Assembly: GCA_016933575.1 (NCBI GenBank)
Contig: JAFGAR010000088.1
Location: forward strand, 64,001-128,000
Length of the DNA stretch: 64,000 nucleotides
Reading direction: 5' to 3'
Source of the DNA: Candidatus Thorarchaeota archaeon
Lineage (GTDB): Archaea; Asgardarchaeota; Thorarchaeia; Thorarchaeales; Thorarchaeaceae
A program made the position numbers and the translations under genes. Below, piece by piece: positions 55,334 to 64,000 of the stretch (positions within the stretch are counted from its first letter, which is position 1; every line of letters starts with the position of its first letter). Below the pieces are notes generated by a model. The model saw only the letters and a list, made by a program, of their open reading frames with translations, was not told the DNA's origin and searched no databases.

Positions 55334-56551
55334 ATGGGATTTAGCGTTGGTATTGTTGGAAAACCATCCTCAGGCAAGACTTCATTCACAAATGCTGCAT
55401 GTATGACGGACTTCAAGGTTGGTAGCTATCCATTTACAACAATTGATGCAAATGTTGGAGTGACTCATGTCAGGACTCCATGTGCCTGTAGAGATTTTAA
55501 CGTACAAGACAATCCCAAGAACTCTCTCTGTGTTGATGGTGTCCGCCTAGTCCCAATAAAGCTAATCGATGTTGCAGGTCTCGTGCCAGGTGCTCATGAA
55601 GGAAGAGGAAAGGGAAACCAGTTTCTTGATGATCTAAGACAGGCAGATGTCTTAATTCATATCGTTGATGCGAGCGGATCGCTTGATTCTGAGGGGCAGG
55701 AAGTCGCGGTTGGAAGTCATAATCCTAGTGATGATGTTAAGTTTCTGGAAGATGAACTTGTGGAATGGATGCTAGGTATAGTGAAGAAAGACTGGCGAAG
55801 AATGACAGGACGCATTCGGTCTGAAGGAGCCAAGTTGGAGGAACTTCTCCTTGAGAAACTATCAGGATTAAACATAACAAGAGCTCATATTCTAAAGGCT
55901 CTGAGAGCATCAGAGTTGAAATCTGAGGCTGCAGATAAGTGGACTGATGATGAAACACGAGAGTTTGTTAAGATGTTACAGAAAGTTGCTAAACCTATCA
56001 TCATAGCAGCTAATAAAATTGATCGACCAGGCGCTGAGGAGAATTTCAAACGGCTTCAAGATGAATTCTCAGATTATCTAATAGTTCCTGTGACTGCACT
56101 TGCTGAGAAGATACTGAAGGACCTTGATAAACGAGGAGTAATCAAATACATTCCTGGAAATGATGATTTTGAGATTGTACAACAAGATAACTTGAGTAAA
56201 GAAGAAATTACTCAACTAGAGAAACTAAAAGAACATATTTTGAGGAAATATGGGGGTACAGGAGTTCAAAACATATTGAACAAGGCAGTCTTCGACTTCC
56301 TTCACATGATTACAATATATCCAGTTCATGACGCTCATTCATTGACGGATAGTGATGGTAACGTACTTCCTGATGTGTATCTAATTCCAGAGGGTACTAC
56401 TGCAAAGGAGTTTGCTGGATACATACACTCGGACCTAATGGACTCGTTCGTCCATGGTGTTGATGCAAGAACAAAGATGCGAATCTCTGATAAGCACATT
56501 CTCAAGGACCGTGACGTTATTCGCATTGTTAGTGCAAAGGGACAGAAATGA
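55334..56551 (+). CDS. ychF: Archaeal YchF/Obg-family NTPase with TGS domain
   Basis: GKPSSGKT, YPFTT, DVAGLV, GNQFLDDLR, NKID, IHSDL. Confidence 0.94.
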   Translation: MGFSVGIVGKPSSGKTSFTNAACMTDFKVGSYPFTTIDANVGVTHVRTPCACRDFNVQDNPKNSLCVDGVRLVPIKLIDVAGLVPGAHEGRGKGNQFLDDLRQADVLIHIVDASGSLDSEGQEVAVGSHNPSDDVKFLEDELVEWMLGIVKKDWRRMTGRIRSEGAKLEELLLEKLSGLNITRAHILKALRASELKSEAADKWTDDETREFVKMLQKVAKPIIIAANKIDRPGAEENFKRLQDEFSDYLIVPVTALAEKILKDLDKRGVIKYIPGNDDFEIVQQDNLSKEEITQLEKLKEHILRKYGGTGVQNILNKAVFDFLHMITIYPVHDAHSLTDSDGNVLPDVYLIPEGTTAKEFAGYIHSDLMDSFVHGVDARTKMRISDKHILKDRDVIRIVSAKGQK

Positions 56552-56759
56552 AAAGGTATCATAATATTGGATGATATCCAAAGATAGGTAGTGATTGTTG
56601 GGACTATTTATCCTCATAGTGTGATTCGTATATGGGGCTCTGTTCTGTGATGTTTCTTCCTCTTAAAATAACTCGAAGATGACACATTCTTAGCTATATA
56701 CGATTCTCCGATGTCAGTATGTTAGAAGAGTGAAAGAGATAGAATACTGGTGAATAATA

Positions 56760-57197
56760 TTGGAGATGTACAAGACTCTGGAAGATGCAAGAACATTTGG
56801 TATGCGTCTAGGTTGCTATGGTCAGTATCCAACGATTTACAAACGAGGAGTCAATGAATACATCCTTGTAGAAAAAGGGGAATGGCCACCAACTAATTCT
56901 TGGCCATTCCTCAAGTGGGATGGAAATGATTGGGTTCCAGTTCTAGCTAAACTTGATACATTAGAGCATGCCCAAGAGGCCTCTTGTTTGTTTGCACTCT
57001 TGGGTCATGAACCAATCATTGTTGAGTTTCCAGGAATATCCTTTGATCTCTTCTTTAGGGAAGCCCATATACCCACAGGAGCATGGATAATTAGCGAGAT
57101 AAATGCCAACTATTCGATTAAGTACCTAAAACCTCCAGATATTGATTCAGAGGAGGAAGAGTCTGAAATCATCGAGATTGAGATGGAGTCTGTCTAA
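56760..57197 (+). CDS. Hypothetical protein with apparent internal duplication
   Basis: TLEDA...GQYPTI versus TLEHA...GHEPII; acidic tail. Confidence 0.65.
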   Translation: MEMYKTLEDARTFGMRLGCYGQYPTIYKRGVNEYILVEKGEWPPTNSWPFLKWDGNDWVPVLAKLDTLEHAQEASCLFALLGHEPIIVEFPGISFDLFFREAHIPTGAWIISEINANYSIKYLKPPDIDSEEEESEIIEIEMESV

Positions 57198-57203
57198 ATC
57201 TAC

Positions 57204-57740
57204 TCAATGAAGTTTGGAACCAAGCGTCCAATATTCTCCATTAAGAGGAATATATGTGAAGAGATTGGCCTTTGATACATCAAGCTTTTCATGTTCGCCT
57301 AGAACAGATTCATCAATATGAACAGAAACAACATCTCCAATGAATAGATCGTGTGCCCCAAGAGGAATGATGTCCCTAATTTTGCATTCAATGTTAATTG
57401 GACATTCCTTGATCATTGGAGCATTGACTTTAGATGCTGGTTCTACAGTAAAACCGCACTCTGCAAACTTATCATAATTTCTGCCAGATTTTGTACCTGC
57501 AAAAACGGTACCGTCGATCTGAGTGGCTGATGGAATATTCAAAACAAATTCTCCTGCCTCTTTGACAAGGTCGTAACTATAACGTTCAGAACGTATCCCA
57601 ACAACCACTGTGGGGGGATTACTGCAAACATTCGCAGCCCATGATAATGTGATTATATTCGGTCTTTCAGGCCCAGATATGCTTAGTAATACAACAGGAC
57701 AGGGGACAAGTGCAGTAGTGGGTTTGAGTTCTCGTTTCAT
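57204..57740 (-). CDS. Flavin reductase family protein
   Basis: PCPVVLL, EFVLNIP, GTKSGR..DKF, IKECP..IEC, HDLFIG. Confidence 0.93.
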   Translation of the reverse strand: MKRELKPTTALVPCPVVLLSISGPERPNIITLSWAANVCSNPPTVVVGIRSERYSYDLVKEAGEFVLNIPSATQIDGTVFAGTKSGRNYDKFAECGFTVEPASKVNAPMIKECPINIECKIRDIIPLGAHDLFIGDVVSVHIDESVLGEHEKLDVSKANLFTYIPLNGEYWTLGSKLH

Positions 57741-57835
57741 ATTCTTACTTGGAATATACCATGTAAAGAAAATGTCGATGTCACCAAGTTTAAGTCAAAG
57801 CTATGAAACGCTCTGCCCATCTCACCTTGTGGGGT

Positions 57836-58753
57836 ATGACAATGAAGCGCGTATTAATTGCAGATCCAATTGAAGAGTCAGCTGTGGCTAAGTTAAAAGC
57901 TGCAGGACTAGAAATTGTCTTGAGAAATGCTGAAAAAGATGGACCTATTGAAAAACAAATCAAGGGCTTTGACTGCGTTGTAGTAAGAAGTGCTACTAAG
58001 ATTACTAAAGAGGTAATTGATGCTGCAGACAAACTCAAGCTTGTTGTCAGAGCAGGCGTCGGTCTAGATAATGTGGATAAGAAGGCAGCCGATGCAAAGG
58101 GAGTGATTGTCCAGAATACTCCTGAGGCGCCATCAGTCTCTGTTGCAGAGATGGTCTTTTCTCTCATGTTTGCACTTGCCAGAAATGTCACTCGAGCAGA
58201 CAGTTCGATGAAGAATGAACGCTGGGAGAAGAAGAAACTCAGTGGGACTGAGCTCTGGCAGAAGACTATTGGGATTGTCGGCTTTGGAAGAATCGGTTGG
58301 GAAGTAGGAAAGAGAGCCAAAGCATTTGGCATGAATGTTCTTGTATACGATGTAATCGACATTGCTAAGGCATGTAAAGAGATTGGAGCAGAGAAGGCTG
58401 ATTTGAAGACTATTATTGAGAGAGCTGATTACATTACTCTTCATGTACCCCTAATACCTCAGACTAAGGGAATGATTGGAGCTAATGAACTCAAGAGAAT
58501 GAAAAAGACTGCTTTCATCATCAATACGGCGCGCGGAGGCGTCATTGATGAGATGGCTCTTCTTGATGCATTGGATACGGGTGAAATTGCGGGTGCAGGA
58601 CTCGATGTCTTTGAAAGTGAGCCACCCACAGACTGGCATTTGGTGAAACATCCAAAGGTTGTTGCAACCCCGCACTTGGCTTCCTCAACCGAAGAGGGAC
58701 AAGTTCGAGTTGGAGAACTCACTGTTCAGAAAGTCATTGATGGACTCAAGTAA
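57836..58753 (+). CDS. D-2-hydroxyacid dehydrogenase (short SerA-like, no ACT domain)
   Basis: VRAGVGLDNVD, GFGRIG, INTARG, TPHLASST. Confidence 0.92.
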   Translation: MTMKRVLIADPIEESAVAKLKAAGLEIVLRNAEKDGPIEKQIKGFDCVVVRSATKITKEVIDAADKLKLVVRAGVGLDNVDKKAADAKGVIVQNTPEAPSVSVAEMVFSLMFALARNVTRADSSMKNERWEKKKLSGTELWQKTIGIVGFGRIGWEVGKRAKAFGMNVLVYDVIDIAKACKEIGAEKADLKTIIERADYITLHVPLIPQTKGMIGANELKRMKKTAFIINTARGGVIDEMALLDALDTGEIAGAGLDVFESEPPTDWHLVKHPKVVATPHLASSTEEGQVRVGELTVQKVIDGLK

Positions 58754-58807
58754 TTCGTATCAAAGAAGAGACAAAACGTTACATCTTTAAGCAATTTTTC
58801 TCGATGA

Positions 58808-58938
58808 GGTCTTGGTCCAGCATCGTGCTGGACCAGACCATTCCTTTGTATTGGCGGATACGTCCGCACGGGATGTGGCCTATAATGGCTGAACCACAAA
58901 CAAAGCGAATCTATAACGGCAAAGGATGGAAATAGACA
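58808..58938 (+). promoter_or_regulatory. Structured 5' leader of rpl15e
   Basis: 10-bp hairpin 58813-58835, GCGGA-TACG-TCCGC, long-range stem 58838-58848/58920-58929, TATA-like CTTTAA at ~58785. Confidence 0.55.
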
Positions 58939-59523
58939 ATGCCAACGGCATACAAGTATATGAATGACACCTGGTTAGGTGAACAGAAGGAACGTACTGA
59001 AATTATTAGAAACCGCCTGATAGTTTGGAGAAAACAAGGCACTATGGTAAAGCTCGATAGACCAACCAGACTTGGTCGAGCTCGATCATTAGGATATAAG
59101 GCAAAACAAGGCTATGTTGTTGTCCGGATAAAGACTGGACGTGGCCCTCGAGAGAAACCAAGACCACGGAGTGGTAGAAAACCAAGAAGCCTAGGTGTTG
59201 TAAAATACACCCCTCAGAAATCAAGGAGATGGATAGCAGAGGAACGTGTGGCTAGGAAATATCCAAACCTCCGTGTTTTGAACTCATATTGGGTTGGAGA
59301 TGATCATAAGTGGATCTGGCATGAAGTAATTCTAGTAGATCCCAGTCATCCGGTGATATACAATGATTCGAATATCAACTGGATTTGCGACCCGACTCAT
59401 AAGGGGCGAGACAGCAGAGGTCTCACATCTGCAGGCAAGAAGAGCAGAGGGCTCCGGCATAAGGGACGAGGTGCTGAGAAGGTCAGACCGTCTCTAGGTG
59501 CAAAAGGAAATGTCGCGAAATAG
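58939..59523 (+). CDS. rpl15e: 50S ribosomal protein eL15
   Basis: RPTRLGRARSLGYKAKQG, NLRVLNSYWVG, RGLTSAGKKSRG. Confidence 0.98.
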   Translation: MPTAYKYMNDTWLGEQKERTEIIRNRLIVWRKQGTMVKLDRPTRLGRARSLGYKAKQGYVVVRIKTGRGPREKPRPRSGRKPRSLGVVKYTPQKSRRWIAEERVARKYPNLRVLNSYWVGDDHKWIWHEVILVDPSHPVIYNDSNINWICDPTHKGRDSRGLTSAGKKSRGLRHKGRGAEKVRPSLGAKGNVAK

Positions 59524-59552
59524 TTAAGATTCGCGTTCCGGAGGGAGCGGCT

Positions 59553-60017
59553 ATGCCGTTCATAACTAGAATCGAAGCCCGGGCATATGCTCGGGCTACA
59601 GAGATTTTGGAGAGGGTCACTTCATCTGTATTAGCACTATTCCCTGAAGATGTAAAATCGAGGGTGAAACTCTCAACAATCAATGCAGAAGGACTTGTAG
59701 GTGACATGATTTCTATTATCACTGCAGTGTTTGAAAACAAAGATAGTTGTGTTGCAGTTTTTGATTACATATTTAGCCAACTGGATAAAATGAGTCGACG
59801 AGCATTGCAGATATCATTAGAACTTAGAGTCGATGAACACTGTGTCTTGTTTCTTAGATTTGATAAGCAAGCGGCGTTCCTAGGTAAGATAAGACTGATT
59901 GATGAACCAGATGTCATCAGTGTTAGATTTCACTTCATGGAATATCCGAGGTGTGAACGGAATGATGCCATACTCTTTATTGAAGAGAGACTTCAGATTG
60001 CTGGAGGCTTAGATTGA
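59553..60017 (+). CDS. Exosome-operon RNA-binding protein (COG1325-like)
   Basis: YARATE..RV, LFLRFDKQAAFLG; position between rpl15e and rpp30. Confidence 0.85.
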   Translation: MPFITRIEARAYARATEILERVTSSVLALFPEDVKSRVKLSTINAEGLVGDMISIITAVFENKDSCVAVFDYIFSQLDKMSRRALQISLELRVDEHCVLFLRFDKQAAFLGKIRLIDEPDVISVRFHFMEYPRCERNDAILFIEERLQIAGGLD

Positions 60018-60706
60018 TGGCTATCGATATTGGTGTGATTGCTACGGACTTGACGAGAATCGAGCCGATTGGGAGGATGGCACACCAGTTCGGATATGAG
60101 GGGATCTGTGTTTCGAATCAGACAAACGGTCTCGTAAAGAGAACTCCTGAAGGTATTGCAATATATCAACGAGCAAATCTGTCGGGAAAAGGGATTGGTT
60201 CGATAAGAAAACAGATAGAAAATACTCGGAAACATACAATATTGCTTTCAGTTCAGTTGGGTTCAATAGAACTAACGAATTGGGTTGTGGAGGACCAGAG
60301 AGTTGATATCCTTACTGTAGATCCAGCTCGAGATAGCCACCTGCGTGATTCAACAGCTCATATTGCAGCAATGGCATCAACCTTTCTTGAGATTCAGTTT
60401 GCACCGCTCCTTCAGACAAACGGGCTAAATCGTTCAAAGATTCTAAAGATCTATCGCGAAGCAGTTTCAGTTGCAGTTACAGCAGGAATGGGTGTAATCA
60501 TATCAAGTGGAGCGTCTCAACCAATAGAACTTCGTTCGCCAATAGCGATGATACACATTGGAATGTTACTGGGATTAGATAGGACAGATGCTGAAAAGGC
60601 AATACAAGAATATCCTGCAACAATCATTGAGCGAAATATGAAGAAACTGGATTCCGATTTAGTACAGACAGGTGTCGAAATTCTTCGGAGAGGCGAGGAG
60701 ATGTGA
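60014..60706 (+). CDS. rnp3: RNase P protein Rpp30
   Basis: RVDIL, LEIQF.PLL, IISSGA...LRSP...LLGL. Confidence 0.9.
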   Translation: MMAIDIGVIATDLTRIEPIGRMAHQFGYEGICVSNQTNGLVKRTPEGIAIYQRANLSGKGIGSIRKQIENTRKHTILLSVQLGSIELTNWVVEDQRVDILTVDPARDSHLRDSTAHIAAMASTFLEIQFAPLLQTNGLNRSKILKIYREAVSVAVTAGMGVIISSGASQPIELRSPIAMIHIGMLLGLDRTDAEKAIQEYPATIIERNMKKLDSDLVQTGVEILRRGEEM

Positions 60707-61032
60707 GAAAGAACCGGCGTAGATACCTTCTGTTTCAACTGCACAGAGAGGGTCCATCTTTTCAGGAGAGAATGCTGAATCAAGCACTTTGGAAGAGTCT
60801 GCTTTCGTTATATGGTGAGATTCACGCAGCGGACTCACGACTGTATCTTGTTTTTTATGATTGTGAATCAGGAGTTGGTGTTCTTCAATGCAACTTATTT
60901 GCTTTGCAGGAAGTGATTACAGCAGCTGTTATGATTGGTGCAATTGAAGGAACATCTGTAAGTTTTGAGCCAAAAAGGACTTCAGGTACAATTAAGGGAC
61001 TAAGGTATCCTATTCCGAAACGTGTATCGTGA
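60703..61032 (+). CDS. rnp2: RNase P protein Pop5/Rpp14
   Basis: RRRYLLF, LYGE, GVLQC, TSGTIKGL. Confidence 0.9.
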   Translation: MRKNRRRYLLFQLHREGPSFQERMLNQALWKSLLSLYGEIHAADSRLYLVFYDCESGVGVLQCNLFALQEVITAAVMIGAIEGTSVSFEPKRTSGTIKGLRYPIPKRVS

Positions 61033-61432
61033 TTGAAACCACATCATCATTCTCTAGTATGTACGCCTTAGTAACCCAAGTCCCCGTTGTCTTTGATGAA
61101 ACAAGCCAAACGACCGGGTTAAGTCGCATATTACGTTGATCTCTCTTTGAAGGATATGCTGGAGCAGGATGCGAATGAAATATCCCTACTAATGACTCTC
61201 CCAATTCCTCAGCTTTGATGAGAAGCCTATATTGATCTTCTGGATTAATTGTAAAAGATGTTTGCTTGTTCTCGGATTCATTTTGCATAGGTTCGATGCG
61301 GTTAACAAAGATAGAATTGTCTGAAATTGTACCAAAAAGCAAAGCTGCAGCCTCAAGGGGAAAAGATGCCGCCGCATGTTTCTCAAGATCTAGCATAGCC
61401 ATCTTGGTAATGTGAAGATAATGAGCCATCAA
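61010..61432 (-). CDS. JAMM/MPN+ (M67) metalloprotease
   Basis: PLEAAALLFG...FHSHPAPAYPSKRD. Confidence 0.92.
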   Translation of the reverse strand: MMAHYLHITKMAMLDLEKHAAASFPLEAAALLFGTISDNSIFVNRIEPMQNESENKQTSFTINPEDQYRLLIKAEELGESLVGIFHSHPAPAYPSKRDQRNMRLNPVVWLVSSKTTGTWVTKAYILENDDVVSITIHVSE

Positions 61433-61884
61433 GATGCACCAGGATCAGAGAGAGCAGATTTAATCTCCTCTAAAATTATGCAAGTTTCTGCATCTCCAAC
61501 GCCTTGGATTCCGCCCAGACGTTTCTCGAGAAACATTCTAAGTTCAGATAAATCATCTACTGTGACCATCATAATAAGGCCACAGGCACCATCAAGAAAA
61601 TAGGCTTCATCGACTTCTTTGAATGCTCTCAGTTTCTTAGAAATAAGAGTGGCTTCTTTCATTGCGGTCTTCACGCGGATAATTGCTCGGATCCGTTTGC
61701 CAATCTTCATGGGATCAAGGACTACTGTGAAACGCTTGATATATCCCTCATCTTTTAGACGCTTTACACGACGTCTAATGGTTACTTCAGTCCTCTCAAC
61801 TGCTTTGGCAATGTCACTGTAGGATTGTCTTCCATCCTCTTGAAGCATAGCAATTATCTTAGAATCAATATCATCCAATTTCAT
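61429..61884 (-). CDS. Lrp/AsnC family transcriptional regulator
   Basis: LDDIDSKIIAMLQEDGRQSYSDIAK...RRVKRL..EGYIKRF. Confidence 0.94.
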   Translation of the reverse strand: MKLDDIDSKIIAMLQEDGRQSYSDIAKAVERTEVTIRRRVKRLKDEGYIKRFTVVLDPMKIGKRIRAIIRVKTAMKEATLISKKLRAFKEVDEAYFLDGACGLIMMVTVDDLSELRMFLEKRLGGIQGVGDAETCIILEEIKSALSDPGAS

Positions 61885-62006
61885 AGACGAATGCCTCTGA
61901 CAGAGCAGTGTGATTTCATGTAGATGTTCGATTTCGTGCATAATAAGATGCCGATGCGTGCGAACTCGGAAGAGTATGTAATAGAATATGATTATACAAG
62001 TCGTTC

Positions 62007-62831
62007 CTACAAGACTCGAAGTTCCTCTTGCAGAATTTTGTCCTCTTTTGGTGACATGATTGCATAGAGCTCTATATGATCGATCAAAGATTGTGCGTTT
62101 CGAATCTTCTGTTCGAGAAGTTCTTGTATCTGAAAGATACCAGATACATTGGTCATGTTGACCTCTATGCGAACTGTCTTTGTTTCGCCTTTTCTAATCT
62201 TGACATCCTCTATGGCCATAGCAGATGCTGAGTGTATGTTCACACTACCAGCTTCGAAGGGAATTCTTGCACGACCCTTTGTCATATCAAGAGCATCTGC
62301 AACTCCAACAACTCCTCCTTCGATTGTCATCGGTTGAGCAACTTTATCATGACAATAGATTGCATGAATTACGTGATTACGAATGTGTACCTGTTTATGA
62401 CGGTCCTTTGGATATAATTTCTTCAGGATTCTATCCAAAATAGGGATTGTGAGAACTACTGAAAATTCATCATGATTTGTTCTTCCTACAACCATACCAA
62501 CATCATGGAGATAACAACCTAACAAGACTATCAATTCTGCATCCTTAATTGTTCCAGTGTTCTCTTGAACCACAGTAGGCTGAAGGCCATTACTGAGTTC
62601 ACGAATCAATTTGACTCCATTAAGAGATACAATCAGTGAGTGAGTATGACCATGATCTGAATAGCCCATTCGGTCAATTGCCATTCTATTACTATCTTCG
62701 AGGAGTGTCTGGACCTCAATATCCTTCTCTAGTTCATCAAGTGCAAGCAAGCAAATTTCATTGTCCTTCAATAATCTACGGACCCTATCCTTTAGGGTGT
62801 TTCTTTGTTTTGGGCTCTTTGCCATCTTCAT
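62007..62831 (-). CDS. HD-domain phosphohydrolase
   Basis: DHGHTHS, YLHDVG, CHD, ADALDMTKGRAR. Confidence 0.9.
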   Translation of the reverse strand: MKMAKSPKQRNTLKDRVRRLLKDNEICLLALDELEKDIEVQTLLEDSNRMAIDRMGYSDHGHTHSLIVSLNGVKLIRELSNGLQPTVVQENTGTIKDAELIVLLGCYLHDVGMVVGRTNHDEFSVVLTIPILDRILKKLYPKDRHKQVHIRNHVIHAIYCHDKVAQPMTIEGGVVGVADALDMTKGRARIPFEAGSVNIHSASAMAIEDVKIRKGETKTVRIEVNMTNVSGIFQIQELLEQKIRNAQSLIDHIELYAIMSPKEDKILQEELRVL

Positions 62832-63064
62832 ATTGCCCCCTAATTCGATTAATTTTCTATGATTCTGCTTATCAGCTAATTACGTAATAAATGAGATATT
62901 GGCTGTATAATAGTAGCTAGTGTTTAGCAAATTTACCTCAGTCTACACCAAAACGACAAGCTGAGTCAGATTCTTTTTCTATCTATTCAATTCTGAGAAG
63001 AATTCTCTTATGAAATAATGGTATCAGGCAGTTATGTCTCTGCTAGTTGAAGTAAGATTCCTCT

Positions 63065-63553
63065 CTATTTTAAAGCGAAGTCGGTCTTGCAGATTTCACC
63101 AGTCTTTAGGTCAATCTTACTCAATTGAGGTGTTTTTCCTGATACTAGTCCAATAGCACCTCTAACAAGTCCGCCAACAGGACATGCTGTATGCCCTTCC
63201 AGATCATAACCACCGACCTTACGTGGGCATATGAGACAATTCTGTACAACAACATGAGCTGTGTCTCCTTCCATCTCAATTGAGAGATCTTCTGCTATTC
63301 TTACTTCTTCAAGTAGCTTCTCAAGAACCTCTTCAGCTGAAGACGCTGGAGTGATTACTTTCTGATGAAGTAGTTCCTTAGCAATCTCTTGGCCCATCCA
63401 TGTAGATAATACATCCATTGCTCCCTGTGGACCAAAATCGGGATTCAAGATGGCATCACGTGCCTTTACCAATCCAGCCCCCAGACCAATAGCCATTCTG
63501 TTTAGATAGTTCCGGCTTGGATCTTTTTTCCGTCTAAATCTGAAAAAGCTCAT
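63065..63553 (-). CDS. V4R-like domain protein
   Basis: MGQEIAK helix, then NCLIC...CPVGGLVRGAI...CK. Confidence 0.65.
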   Translation of the reverse strand: MSFFRFRRKKDPSRNYLNRMAIGLGAGLVKARDAILNPDFGPQGAMDVLSTWMGQEIAKELLHQKVITPASSAEEVLEKLLEEVRIAEDLSIEMEGDTAHVVVQNCLICPRKVGGYDLEGHTACPVGGLVRGAIGLVSGKTPQLSKIDLKTGEICKTDFALK

Positions 63554-63567
63554 AAAAAATAGAAAAT

Positions 63568-64000
63568 TCAGGCTCTTTTTATTAATCCTTCTTGCACATA
63601 CCGGTTGCAGACAGATTCAACTTGGGAGAGATCAATATTGGACCCTAGAGCCTTTTCCAAGAAACTGACCTTCTGCCTGATTTTACTCAAACAAATAACG
63701 CCAGATTCGCAGATTATGCGAAGTATTGTTTTATCCAAGACAAAAGCAGCCTTCTCGCGTTCCTTTATATCATCAAAGGAATAGAGTGCTTGGAAACATG
63801 ATTCACCCATAGATTCAGACAGATTTTCTGCGACCTCTGAGATGGGTACAACAGATTCGGTACGGGTTCCCTCCATCTGAAAAGTGTCAGAGGCTTCGAC
63901 ACCCCGAACCCTTAGGTTCTTATCTACGTAGACGATAATTGCATGGAGTGGTTTTCCGTGAGCTAATGCAACACGAAGGATGCCATCTTTTTGCGCTCTC
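63568..64000 (-). CDS. Hypothetical protein, 5'-truncated by window end, C-terminal wHTH-like
   Basis: Frame stays open to the window edge: RAQKDGILRVALAHGKPLHAIIVYVDKNLRVRGVE...; ends CNRYVQEGLIKRA. Confidence 0.7.
   Translation of the reverse strand, partial: RAQKDGILRVALAHGKPLHAIIVYVDKNLRVRGVEASDTFQMEGTRTESVVPISEVAENLSESMGESCFQALYSFDDIKEREKAAFVLDKTILRIICESGVICLSKIRQKVSFLEKALGSNIDLSQVESVCNRYVQEGLIKRA

Noticed and set aside
1011-62887. Many 60-170 aa ORFs antisense to or nested in long genes
   Set aside because: Shadow frames of well-supported genes, without motifs of their own

Overview
Archaeal chromosomal window. The combination of cdrS-ftsZ2, eS30, Elp3, Nop5/fibrillarin, an unlinked 5S rRNA and large orphan ORFs suggests an Asgard archaeon, possibly Thorarchaeia (inference from gene content only). 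Most of it is housekeeping: rpl3-4-23-2, pyrDK, nop5-fibrillarin, rnhB, two tandem map genes, dnaG, pelota, ttuA, the eS6-aIF2g-rpoE'-spt4-eS24-eS31 cluster, ychF and rpl15e-rpp30-pop5. RNA genes are a 5S rRNA and three intron-containing tRNAs (Ser-UGA with two introns, Trp, iMet). The best candidate for an undescribed system is a ~7 kb module (543-7530) between cdrS-ftsZ and rpl2. It holds a 1615-aa orphan with RecB-like PD-(D/E)xK nuclease motifs and a degenerate P-loop domain, divergently paired with a 558-aa TnpB that has no transposase, a Fanzor-type rearranged RuvC site and structured non-coding flanks. Also notable are a HypD-like glycyl radical enzyme with Thr in place of the catalytic Glu, a ~200-nt rod-like ncRNA candidate near dnaG, and a structured rpl15e leader. 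All calls come from motif recognition by eye; no searches were run. Some CDS starts were moved from the ORF track to the likelier downstream ATG.
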